Positions 1-12,414 of a DNA stretch of 64,000 bases are shown piece after piece. Below the pieces are notes generated by a model, which saw nothing but the letters and a program-made list of their open reading frames with translations, searched no databases and was not told the origin of the DNA. Source of the DNA: Microthyrium microscopicum (lineage: Eukaryota); contig MU004233.1 in the NCBI GenBank assembly GCA_010405405.1, forward strand, positions 1,377,122 through 1,441,121, in the 5' to 3' direction. How positions within the stretch are numbered: position 1 is the first letter of the stretch; the number at the start of each line of letters is the position of its first letter. The position numbers and the translations under genes are program-made.

Positions 1-382
1 GCCCCAGGCTCACAGGCTGAGAGAAAATGCAGCTATTCCGAAATAGGCGCTAGCGTCGCACTTCTGGTCTTCTTGGCACTCTTTCCATCAAGCAATTCTA
101 TCTTTTGCAACCACAACTCTCCTCTCCCCATCCAACCATCAACCATCACCAACCCCCATAATAACAGAAGATCAACCCATTCCCTCGAAAAGTCTATACA
201 GTCCATCGCTCATTATATCCACCTTCTGATCAGCTCAGATTTAAAGCTCAAAGCCCTCTGAGTTTCTTCGCAAAGCAGTTGACCGCATCAAGCACCTGCT
301 AGGTCGCGTTGTCGCGCGTTGTTCAGCATCGCTGAGCGTGAACTTTCATTTTTGAAAGCACTAATCAAAGCAGCACTACGCA

Positions 383-3132
383 ATGGCCGACGAGGATTTC
401 GAAGATGATCTCTTCGCTGATGTGTAGGTCCATCTTTTTCCGTTTGCAGAGCTCAGTCGCTAACAATATTTTCAGCTATGCCGATGATGCACCACCTGCC
501 CCCGCACAGCCTTCACAGCCTGTTGCCGAACCTTCCCAGACCGCAGTGAATATATCAGCCCCGGTCCAAGTCAAAGAAGAAGAGGCATACGAACCACAAT
601 CAAATGGTTACGACCAAACTGGTGGTTCTGGTTATGATGATGGCACAGGCATGGGCAATAGCGGTGTGAAGATAGAGCAATATCAAGGTCATGATGAACA
701 GGATTATAATGACGATAGTGGCAAAGCTGTCATTAACGAAGACGGGTAAGTTATTTCGCAAAACTTGATATTTTATTCTAGCGGTATTATACACCTTCGT
801 GGGTATTCATTTGCGCGGGACTCGACACTCCAGGACCAGTATTGAGATATATGGGAACACTTGGAGGAAGGGAAAGAGAGACTTCCAGCTATGATCCCAA
901 GTTTCACCATTCATTTAGACTGTTGTTGGGTGACTGTCGAATGTTGTCAGAATGGGCATTCAGAGAGACATGAAAAGACTGCAGCTAAACCACATTCCTT
1001 GCATGGGATTTGTGTAAAGCTATGGCAATGCGGCAGACGGAAGGGCTCGGATGAACTCTTTGAATAATGGATTCGGCATCGGGGATAAGGTGTGGGAAAA
1101 TCTGAACGACGCCATCAAAATATGCTTATGCTTCTTGAGAGAAAGATCGTGGGTGTAACAAAAAGGAAAGGCCAGTCAGACTCTTACAAAACCACCTACC
1201 ACGGTACCATTGGTACCAGAACCTTCATGTCGATATATCCTGATAGTTCAGATCCGATAGTCGTCCTTGTCAGAGATTGCCGGAAGCGATCTGCAGGACA
1301 CAGCTAGCAACCGTCTTGGTAGCAAAATACTTTGGGTTTATCCGAGAAACGATTCTTTTCTTGCTACTACCGCTGCCTTGACAACTGCTGTGGTTATTAA
1401 GGCTTTCCAATGTCGTTTCACGTATTGGCCTTCAGCCATTTGCCTCGTGTGGAATCGAATAGCTTCCACCGAACAAATCAGCTTGCGCACCAATGGTAGT
1501 TGGATGAATTCGAATTCTTGGTGGAGCTTGGGGATACTGCAACTACACAGAACTGAAGGCCTAAATCATTGCTTTGAGTATTGTCCAAACAAAGAGCACC
1601 AAAAAGCAAACATCATCGGATACTTCATGTTCCATTGAATACCTGGAAACCAAACTCACCACCCAGAATACGAACTCTGGAGACCTCGCAATTGAATACC
1701 TGCTCAATGCCTAACATGACCGCCAAATATATATAGATTTAGTGCTAACCATTTCTTTCCGTAGGAAAATGTTCATTGGAGGACTTAATTGGGAAACATC
1801 GGATGGTATGATAGATTCTTATCTGTACTCGATTGATATTCTAATAATCTTTACCAGACTCACTTCGCAGCTACTTCTCTCAGTTTGGTGAGGTCACAGA
1901 ATGTACCGTGATGCGTGATGGAGCTAGTGGTCGCTCACGAGGCTTTGGCTTTCTCACCTTCCGTGACCCAAAGGTCGTCAACACAGTCGTTGTCAAGGAA
2001 CATTTCCTCGACGGCAAGATTGTACGTAGAGATTCTCTGTGTCAGTCACCAAATAACTAACATCGTGTAGATCGATCCAAAACGAGCGATTCCCCGAGAT
2101 CAACAAGAGCGAACAGCCAAGATCTTCGTGGGTGGTGTCAGTCCAGAAGCCTCGGAACAAGACTTTAAGCAATTCTTCATGCAGTTTGGCCATGTCATCG
2201 ATGCTACATTGATGATGGACAAAGATACCGGACGTCCTCGAGGATTCGGCTTCGTCACATTCGACGGCGATGATGCAGTTGATCGCGCTCTATCACAGCC
2301 ACTTGAGATCTATGGCAAAATGATGGAAGTCAAACGTGCCCAACCCCGTAGCGCATTGGCAGCTGAAGAGCAAAAGCCTAAATTCGGCCGACAGCGCGAT
2401 AACCAATTCGGAGCCGGTCGAGGCAACGGCGAATCGTCAGGCAACTTTGACCAGCAAGGCCAAATGGGTGGAGGCGCACCAGGCATGGGAGGTGGCCAAG
2501 CTGGAATATCACCGGCCATGATGGCCAAGTATTGGTTCAACATGCAACAGTATTTTAAGCAAATGCAAACTTCTATGATGGCCGGCTCAATGGGCATGCC
2601 GGGCGGCGGTATGGGTGGCGGGCAGATGAATCCGGCCATGATGCAGCAAATGATGGCCATGGGCGGCGGTGGAGGACAAATGAATCCAGCCATGATGCAG
2701 CAGATGAGCCAAATGGCCCAGCAGCAACAATCCCAACAACAGGCTGGCGGTAGCAACCAAGGCGGGTTTAGTCCACAAAGCCAAGGTAGCAGAGCCAACA
2801 GCCAGGCTAATTTCAATAATGCGGAGCAAGAACAGCAGGGTCAACAGCAGCAATACAACCAGCAAGCCAACTACGGCGGTCAAGGTGGCCCAGCATCGTG
2901 GGATGGCATGTACGACGACGTTCCGCCTCCTAACGGTGGTGGCCAAGGAGGTCGTGGTGGCTATGGACGTGGTGGCTATCGTGGTGGACGACAGCAAGGC
3001 ACGCCTCCAGTTGGGCCGTCTAATGCTCCTATCAACGCTCCGACTGGCCCAAAGAATGCTGGTCGACCGGGCGCCAACTATAGAGGTGGTGGACGTGGTG
3101 CTAATCGTGGATTCCATCCATATTCACGCTAG
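383..3132 (+). CDS. HRP1: Hrp1/Nab4 / Musashi-like RNA-binding protein (2 RRMs, Q/G/M-rich low-complexity tail, RGG boxes, PY-NLS); exons 383-423, 476-745, 1765-1805, 1858-2021, 2071-3132
   Basis: The spliced model reads MADEDFEDDLFADV...GKMFIGGLNWETSD...RSRGFGFLTF...KIDPKRAIPR...KIFVGGV...RPRGFGFVTF and ends RGFHPYSR. All introns are GT-AG with branch sites and keep the frame. Confidence 0.9.
746..1764 (+). other. Unusually long (1019 nt), extensively self-complementary spliceosomal intron
   Basis: Donor GG|gtaagt at 746, branch tgctaac at 1743-1749, acceptor tag at 1762-1764. Splicing restores the conserved GKMFIGGL start of RRM1. Nested complementary segments are listed in the findings. 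Confidence 0.85.
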
Positions 3133-5723
3133 AAGTAGTGACAGGAGGTTTCTTCTACTTGATACACCCAGGCCATTCTTGTTTCCCACAGTCCACACCT
3201 TTATCGGCGGCTCTTGTTCGACCCCAGGAACAACACATTTGAAGGCCCTTCCTCAACTTTGCAGCAATTACTTGGACATCACTACTCACTCTATCGGTAT
3301 GGTATATGAGAAACTCAATCGAGGGGTCGACCAAATAGGTTTATCATGAACACGGCACAGATACAGCGAATCAGACTGACTGGAAGGAATGTGTGGGTTT
3401 TCTTCTGACTTTTTATATTGCATTAAGAAACTAGTATGTAAATTAATCGAGGAGTGTTACCAGTCAATTCAAAGCCTTGTGCACAAACTGAAATTCCCAC
3501 GTATTGACGCCTCAACGCATCAACAAACTCAATACCGGTGCTGTCCAAAGCAGGACACTTAACCCGCCCCTTTATACATTGATAAGTGAATCATAAGCAG
3601 CATCAGCCAATGATCGTTAACAGGGCTAGCTCTCAGCCTTGCAGACATGCAATCCAGGATGGTTATATGCAACTCAACTTACCTTCCAGATCAGCAGAAG
3701 CCCTTCATTGCCTTTCGGAATTGACCAATCCAGCTTTCAGCATGAACATGCGTATATATAATATCAGAGCTATTGCATTGGTGATCTTGAATATGGCTTG
3801 TTACCGTTAGGAAATACTCATTCGTAAGAACGGGTCAAAGTGTTTAGATCACCACCCGCGAGTCAGAAACGCAACATCGTTTCATGATACTTGGCAGATT
3901 GTCTCCAGAAAGAAGTTGACCTTATCACAATTAGGAAGAAGAGGGTCTCATGCTACAATCAAATACATACTGCCCTCCATTTTTAGCCAAACTTGTAGTC
4001 ATCCTAGTGCTGATGGGCTTCATCTGACAGCTCATGTCAGCTCTTGCGTTACCAGGTTAGCTTGCGTTGTCAATGTTTGTAGGTTAGTTTCGACTTGGTA
4101 CCGTGCTCTGATTAGCCGGGTACTGTTTGAAGCTTAACCCAATAGCTGGCCTCTTCCTTGTGGAAGCATCTGAAGCCTGTGACACGCTCAACCTCACCTG
4201 TGCAAATTGCGGGGGCGTTGCTATTAATCAAAAAGGTATCACAAACTACGATAGAGGAAAGTTCTCATCTTTGTTCTAATCTAAGTATGGTCCTAAATAG
4301 GGTAGTTCTTCATAATTGGGTATAGGTCTGTAAGTTGGCCACGCCATCGTCAAATGCACAGTGTCCAGGTTCATAGATCAAACTCTCAAGACTTTCATTG
4401 GTATTGGCAAGATCAACAACCAACCATTCCACGCCCTGTGGTCCGGGGAACCCAAACTGGTCGATCATAGCAAGGTTTACTTCTCTCCGAACGTTCTACT
4501 CATGCACGACACAGCCTCGTCGCTGGCACGAAGCATCAGAACTGAAACTCTGTTTGCCTCCAAGCTCTCACCCTCGTGCCATTGATACTAACTGTTGTCT
4601 CACCGAATCAAGATCCACTACCAGCCCCTATATCGAAGCTTTATATACTCAGCTGTACTCAATCTGCTCAAGGTCATGCTGACAATACGTGGGGCAACCC
4701 CCCATTCTTTGCCTGAAGCATCCCAATTCGACGCGCTGAATGTTCTATGGCAACACTTGGACCTAGTGCCACATACAACGTAGCACTCTCTGCCAGTCTG
4801 TATAAGAACTCCCACAGGGCCCCCTTGAAGTTAAGAGGACAAAAAGACATTGGCCCGTGAACTTTTGTCTCCAACCGCTGCAGCATTCTTTGTCTTCCCT
4901 GCATCTTGTCGTCAGCCTTGTCACTGCGTCCGTATATCTTGATACCACACCCGCACCCTCTTGGAATTTGTTTTTCTATTAAACAAGCTTCTCAATGTCG
5001 ATTCGCAACTTCTTTCTCGTGCTTGCACAGATCTTTGAGCGTCGATTACCCATGAACGGTCTTCTCGCCATCTGCTAAACAGCTTTACCAACAAAACACT
5101 GCAATATATCAGCCCACCTACCACTTGCCTACCACAATACAAAACAATCCTACTGCTCATCATCTCACCATCTAAACAGCCTGTTCCCAAGTCAGCATTA
5201 GCAAATTGCCATCATGTTCTGGGGAATCCGCCAATTTTTCAACTCCCCCACCGACTGGCTCCGCGATGCCGTCGACCGCTATCCAATCCGCGTACCTGGC
5301 GTGGAGCTAGAATGGAGTAAGGCGTCTATGATGGATCTCTACGACTTCAAGTTCTGACCGCGGACACTAGCCTTACACGATTACGTTGATTCATATGCGT
5401 ACCAATGCCGCTAGCCACATGACTCTCGGGGAAATGACTTGACGGTGTTATGGGATTGATCTGGGACGTCTGCCACGAATGTTTTCTTTTGTATGAGGTG
5501 GATAGCGGGCGATGATAGGAGTTGCTTTATATACCCACGAAATTGTATGACTTGCCTTGCTTGTGTATGACCTTGCTCTTGAAATATAAATCTTCACCCG
5601 TAACACGTGCTTCGTGCAGAATGTTGGCGTCGTGCGCGTGAATAAGAATAATACAGATATGATACAGCTATGCTATGTGTAGTACTCGGTTATATATACA
5701 ATGCAATGAATAGATTCCGTGAA

Positions 5724-8710
5724 TTAGGGAGCAGGCGCACTTCCTTTGCGCGGACTGTATGTTTGGCCGCCGCCGCACCAGCAGCGGTCGCCTTCGTGCT
5801 CTACGTGCACTACCATGTCCATTCCGTGGCTGCGTAAGTAGGCGTCTACACGTGTGCGGACTAAATCCATTTCGGCGTTTCGCGTGGCGATTATGTGCAT
5901 GGTGCCGAAGATCCAGGTTGGTTTTGTGGAAGGTGAGGTAGAGGGGAAGGTTGCGGTGTGGTTGTGGGTGTTAGCGTGGCCGTTCTCGCCCTTGTGGTTG
6001 TGGTGGTCGTGCGAGTGGTCGTGGTTGTGAGGGTGAGAATGCTCGTGGTCATGGTCGTGGGAGGGAGACTTCTTATGGCTGTGCTTGTGGCCATGATCGT
6101 GATCGTGAGAATGGGAATGGGAATGATCTTCCGTCTCATTCTCCACGTCCTTGAGCCAAAGACGGACTCCAGAATATCCGATCACATCAACAAGATCGCT
6201 GATGCCTTGGAGCGCGCCACGACATTTATACTCCGCATCGTTGGGCAACGACATGAGCAGTCTCGTGCCGGAGCTTTTGACCAGCGGGAGGGCGGAGAAG
6301 AAAATCAAGATTGCTATTATACAAGAGGCTAACGGATCCCAGCCGTGCCAGCTGCTGTATTTGGTGAGCAGAGTGCTGATTATGACAGCTACAGAGCCGA
6401 GTGCGTCGGCCATGATGTGGAGGAAGATGCCTTCCATGTTTTCGTTATGGTGATGATGCCCGTGGCCCGTATCGGAGGGTTGAGATGCATGGGAGTGGCC
6501 ATTCGCGGTATGTTCGTGTTTAGAGTCGCTGTGGTCATGGCTATTGCCATGCGCATGGCCATTTTCGTGTTCATGCGAGTGGTCGTGGGAATGATCGTGG
6601 GAATGGCCATGATGATGTGCATGACCAAAAGCAGTCAAGCCGACAATGTTGACCAGAAATCCAAGTGTACTGACTATCAAAAGCTCGTTGAGGCGCCGGA
6701 GCTCATATCCTTCTCTGAGACGATGGATGGCGTCAAAGACAATTTCAACACTGACAAGCCTAAATCGAGGTTAGGTGTTGCAATACAAAAGAGTAGTTCA
6801 AGATACATACACCAAGAAAATGCCGTTGGCAAAGCCAGAAAGAGTATCGATTTTGGCATACCCATAGGGAAAGTTCAATGATGGTGGCCATTTGCTCATG
6901 ACGGCAGCTGCAAGACCAACGGCTAAACCGAGACAATCGAACAGCATATGTATGCTATCGGTTAGAAGACCCAGAGATCCGGTCACAAAGCCATAGAAGA
7001 ATTGGACCAGCATGAAAGCCAGGTTCAAACTATGTAATTGTCAGCATCTGCCCGTTCAATTCTACAAATCGTTTTACTCACCATCCAAAGTATGCGATTC
7101 TCCTAGAATCACGCTCGGAAACAATTGTATTTATAACAGATCCAGGAGTTGTATATGTAAGGACATAACCCGTGAATCTTGAATGCTGTGTATTTGAAGG
7201 TGTATGCAAATGAGTTGAGTGGGAGTGCTTGGAGTCGTGAGAATGATCGTGATGTGCCTGGTTCTTTGGAGTGTGGTCTAAGAATGAGCAAGAAAAGGCC
7301 AGGATGACGGCTCCAGTATGAACAAAGAATGATGGATACGATTTGGACCAGAATGATGAGAGGATGAGGACCAAGCAGCTTGTTTTGAGCGCCAAAGAAT
7401 CCTGATGTTGAAAATGGGTGTTTCGCACGCAATATATCAAAGCACAAGCAGAAAAAATCGCTAAATCGACTGACCAAAAAGCGGCACCAGACGGAACGGT
7501 CGAAGAGAAACTGAGAAGATACAAGACAATAGTCAGCAGCGCAGATACATAACCTGCCCAGGCCGTGTGCTCTCGATTATCTGCTGTCGCGAGAAGTGGC
7601 GATGCTGCGTCTATTTGTTTACCCCAAGGTTGATCGGGGCTTGAGAATTTGCGAATTGCCAACAATGAGCTCGGGATCAGTAAAACCGCCGCAAGGAATG
7701 TAGTGTATCCGACTAATGGTGCATACGCTCCACTAAACAAGTGAGCCGCAGCGCTCCCAAGGAATATCAGCCCAGTTGCAACCAGCGTGAGTTGATATCT
7801 CTGGCAGTCCTTTAATATGTTTGATGCCGACTGTTGAAAGATCCAAGTACCCATACCCGTGGAGAGAATGAGAACCATGAGTAAGGATGAGACGAATCCT
7901 CCAAGCAACATAACAGAGAAGAACATGAGCCAGACACCCAATCCTCTTTGTGCCACTGGTATCCAGAATTTGACATCATTTTTCCTCCTTGTTCTTGTTT
8001 TCTGACGGTTGAATCGCGGTCTGCCAGTTTGCTCGGTTCCTATAGACTTTATCCGCCATATAGCAGAAACGCATAGTAGAGTAATAGAACTTGCGACGGA
8101 AGCAAGCCATATAGCCTTGTGGATTTTGTTCGATTCGCTGGTCTCCGCGAGTGGGCTCGAGGTCGAGGAACTGCTCGTATGCGCTTCAAACGATGCTGAT
8201 GCGAATATCCACGGAAGAGGAAGTAGGATACCGGATAGGATCTGCCTGGGGTTGGAAGCACTAATCGATGACATATTAGCATGAATTTGATACCTATTGT
8301 CGCATAACTCACAGCTCCGAATCGGCATGAACATCATTTTGCGATCGAACAGACGAGCCATTTGCTACTTTGTCGTAGTGTCCCGTTGCCGGTCGTCCCA
8401 GATCCGACTCGCCTCGCGGGCGTAAAGAAGGCCTTGCCATGACGGCTGTAGCTGTTGCTTTTATTGCCTGAACCGGATGAAAGTCGCTCACGCCATGGTT
8501 GCTGTGATCTGGAGTCTTGTGCTCCTGGTTCTGATCTGTAATTGGCTCGAAAGGATCAACGTTTGACAGTTTGCGCGAGTCCAGAAGCTCGAAATTCTCG
8601 GTGGCCGGCGGGGTTATAGAGGGATCGGTGAGCGCATAACTAACGGGCCGGTCGCGAGAGGAAAAGGGATCGTCAACGGTGAACAGCCCGGCGTTGAGGG
8701 TGGTAGCCAT
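5724..8710 (-). CDS. Cation diffusion facilitator zinc transporter, Msc2/Cis4/ZnT5-7 type; introns about 8261-8312, 7030-7081, 6760-6810
   Basis: Motifs SLGLLTDSIHMLFDC, FPYGYAKIDTLSGFANGIFL and NMEGIFLHIMADALGSV; His-rich loops; long hydrophobic N-terminal extension. Splice sites were located on the minus strand. Confidence 0.9.
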
Positions 8711-9343
8711 TTAATGTGGCGTCGCGAGACAGGGGTTGTAAGGTTGGTGTCGCGATGTCGAAGCTTTAGAGTAATTTCGCCACATATATTGCGACCAAAG
8801 TGATGTCGAAGAATATTTTTGGCATTGTCAGAGAAATTGAAAGGGATATGATGTTTCCTAGAAGCAATGGAGATATACACAAATGGGAGGTGATCAGCTT
8901 TCATGATTTATGGAAGGAGCGATGTCAAGTTCAATCCCCTACCACGTGGGTCTCAGGGGCAGTTGAGCGGCGACTGCCGTTTACATGCATAACTCATATC
9001 CGTACCGTAGCTTGCTCCCATTGACTTCTTCTATAAAGAGTTATACTGGAGTATTCACTAGTTGTGCCCAGAAAACCAAACACTTTTGCGTAATTTGCAG
9101 TTGGTCGGAACACCGTGAAGACAGGCTATTGATTGGAACCATAATTAACGTCCGCCACGCGACTCCCGTCTTTTAACGTGCCATTGTGGCTGAAGACACG
9201 TTTTCTACCTATCTGGCATCTGGCATCTAGCCATCTCACGCACTCAACCTCATCTGCTCCCCAATGGATATCGAGCAAACGGTTCAATAACGCGATGAAA
9301 TCTGGAGCCTGAATTTTGAGGCCTAAAAGAGCTAGGAATCGAC

Positions 9344-10825
9344 ATGTTCGACACGATGCTGGAAGCCCTGTTGGGCATTGCGCTGTTACTCTCCACTGCA
9401 TTGAGCCTCTTCTTGGTAACTTTGCCATCAAGATACATCGCTCAGAAGAATGTGAAAGAAACATCAAAACAAACTCGACCCAAAACGTCTGTCCAGGTTG
9501 TCGTTCTTGGTGACATAGGACGTAGCCCGCGGATGGAATACCATGCTCTCAGTATTGCAAAGAATGGTGGTCTAGTTGATCTCATCGGTGTATTAGGTTA
9601 GTGATCCAGAAGATGCCAAACTGTTTGATATCTGACTCCTGTAGACTCTGATGTCCATCCACAAATTCTGCAAGAACCTCTCATCAACATCGTCCCCATC
9701 AGCCAGTCTCCATCCTTTCTCCAAACTAATAACACGCTACTTGTACTATTTTTCGCCCCTCTCAAGGCCCTCTGGCAAGCCTTTTCTCTTTACTACGTGC
9801 TTGGCTACAAGTGCGAGCCAGCTCAATGGATGCTTCTCCAAGTATGATATCCTGCTATTAGGTGATTAATATTTAGCTAACCTTTCAAGAATCCCCCTTT
9901 TATCCCAACATTTACGATAGCTTCATTCGTCGCCTTTGTCCGCGGGTCAAGACTTGTACTTGACTGGCATAATTTTGGCTACTCACTCTTTGCACTAAAA
10001 TTCGGGCCCTCACATCCCTTTGTTCGTCTACATCGCTGGTACGAATTTAAAGGTCCTAAATCAGCATATGCACATTTCACAGTGACAAATGTTATGGCCA
10101 AATACCTACAATCAGAAGCAGATATCACAGCGCATCCATTGCATGATCGTCCTCCCATGCATTTTCAACCACTTTCTCCAGAACAAAAAGCTGGGTTTCT
10201 CAGCAAGTTCGATATAACCTCTAAAATTGCTATTGGCAAGAGCAGCAACACAAGAATCCTCGTGAGCTCCACGTCGTGGACCCCGGACGAAGACTTTTCG
10301 ATTCTACTCGATGCTCTAGTAGCATACTCGAGTCGAGCGAAAGCAGACTCATCACTCCCCTCTATCATCGCCATCATCACAGGAAAGGGACCGCAGAAAG
10401 AGCATTATCTTTCAAAGATTGCAGAGCTCAAGAAAACGGACAAACTCAACCGAGTAGAGATCCACACTGCCTGGCTTTCAATAGAAGATTATGCTCTACT
10501 ACTTGGATCAGCAGACCTGGGCGTTTCGCTTCACATGTCATCTTCTGGGCTAGACTTACCAATGAAAGTAGTAGACATGTTTGGCACTGGGTTGCCTGTC
10601 GTCGGCTGGAGTGACTTTGAGGCCTGGAGCGAGCTAGTTCAAGAAGGAGTGAACGGTAAAGGATTTCAGGATGCTCAAGGGCTTGAGAAGCTTTTGGTTG
10701 GACTGTTCTCTGACGACGGGCGGCAGTTGGAGAAGCTAAAGGCGGGCGCCATGAAGGAGTGCGACAGACGGTGGGATAATGAGTGGAATAGCGTCGCGGG
10801 ACGAGTATTTGGCGTTGTAGATTAG
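9344..10825 (+). CDS. ALG1: Chitobiosyldiphosphodolichol beta-1,4-mannosyltransferase; introns 9597-9644, 9842-9889
   Basis: N-terminal TM, VVVLGDIGRSPRMEYHA, QNPPFIPT, SSTSWTPDEDFSILL, SSSGLDLPMKVVDMFG. Confidence 0.95.
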
Positions 10826-10894
10826 TATATATCTCACATATACCATGATTGCGCTGATACAGTCTTGGAGATGCTTCGATTTTTGTATCGTTAT

Positions 10895-11137
10895 TCATTT
10901 CACTTGCAAAGGATCTTGCACGAGGTTCGCTGCATCTGGCTTTGAGGATTTGCCGGATCCTAGGCGATCCAACGCGAGTGTATAGTAGCCTTCCTGAACA
11001 GCCTTATGGATCCAGAAGATGTCCGTATGTTTCGAAGCAGTTGGGTTGTGTAATGCGGACCAGTATGTGTGATATAGGTGCTGCCGTGTACAAAGAACTG
11101 AAGCTTTGCCTTCTTTGATGCTTCGAGCGGAGTGCAA
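10895..11137 (-). pseudogene. Fragment of an alpha/beta-hydrolase-like gene
   Basis: GYYTLALDRLGSGKSSKPD...VQDPLQV resembles the D-R-L-G-x-G-x-S motif of alpha/beta hydrolases, but the frame stops before any nucleophile elbow and abuts the ALG1 3' end. Confidence 0.45.
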
Positions 11138-11913
11138 GACTGGCCATAGATTTCAGTCTCCAGAAATGTTTTGTTAGGCTACTAATTGGCTAAGGAAGGC
11201 AATCAAACCATCGGAAGTGGTGTAGTTGACGTGTATATCATTTGTTAATCTGCTTGGAGCCACTGCTGTAGTATACTAGTATTCCAAGAAATCAAAGCAC
11301 TTTGGGCTGGAAGAGCTGACATGCACGAAATGACAGGACAACGAGCTAAATATCAACAAACGTACCTGTTAGCAGTGCAGAGGACGTGTATAGCAAATTT
11401 TCTATCGAGTCTCTGGATTTTGGCAAAGTTGATCCAGGCACGATACTTTATTTCTGGTGACCTGCGGCGATAGAAAGGATCGCCTACTTCTATTTCGGGA
11501 TATAGAACAATCAAAGATCTACTTTCCGTGATCCATTTGATCCCTCTGCTCTCAGTACCTGGAGAGTAGATCTCTTGAGCTTTCTTTATTGTTTTATTGG
11601 ACTAGAACTTGATTCCTACTTCAAGATGAGGTTCCAGCAATCCCAGTCATCCTTCTCAATTAAAAGCGTCCAAATATAGATCGTGAGCAATCAAAAATAA
11701 CATGTTGCTCCTTGAATCGTAGAACTTCGAACATTACTATGAGAACATGATCCTATAAACTATACCTTGATATAAGCAATGCTTTACTCGCCGCAAAATG
11801 ATGTTCTCTTTACCTAAAAAGCACCACCCAATTTGTTGCGATCACCAACAATCAGCCGTTGTTATCGCTAATATTAAACTATTTTTAAAGTTTGATACCC
11901 TACATCCATCACA

Positions 11914-12414
11914 ATGAAAACTGTTTTTAGCTTGTCTATTCTGTCTATACTTGCCAGCCAAGCGCTGGCTTGTGTGCACTTTGAAGGAGGAATCCAACAA
12001 GGCGGTAAGTACCTCTTTCCAACTTGAAAGAATCTTCAATTCTAAAAGCCAAAAGGCATCAATCACGGCATATGGATCAACAAATTCGAAGACGATGGCC
12101 ACCCCAGGGACAAACATCCCTGCAAAGGTCCTTCGTACCTGGCCGATGGAGGGTAAGAGCCTGCAAAGTTTTGTAACATGATAGATACTAAAGCCTAAAG
12201 ATGGTTTGACGTCAAGTGCGTTGCAGGAACGAGGCTGTTAGTGAGCCCCAACGGAGGAGAAGTCAAATACTCTTACGACGGGAAGGACTTCCATTGGACT
12301 CAAGCCACCGAGAAAGGAAAGGGCGATAGTATTGGTGCTTGTGAGGATAGAAGAGGTGCATGTGGCTCCGTCGGACATACCTTTTCATGGAAGGTTGTGT
12401 GGTCTTGCAAATAG
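11914..12414 (+). CDS. Small secreted cysteine-rich protein (133 aa, 6 Cys); exons 11914-12004, 12056-12152, 12201-12414
   Basis: Signal peptide MKTVFSLSILSILASQALA-C; donors gtaagt (12005) and gtaaga (12153). The spliced frame is open for 402 nt and ends VVWSCK*. Confidence 0.75.

Noticed and set aside
861..1638. Short ORFs inside the long RRM-gene intron
   Set aside because: No recognisable protein features, and the flanking exons join in frame without them.
4361..5190. Same-frame ORF fragments that might be a decayed gene
   Set aside because: No family motif was recognisable, so they cannot be supported without a homology search.
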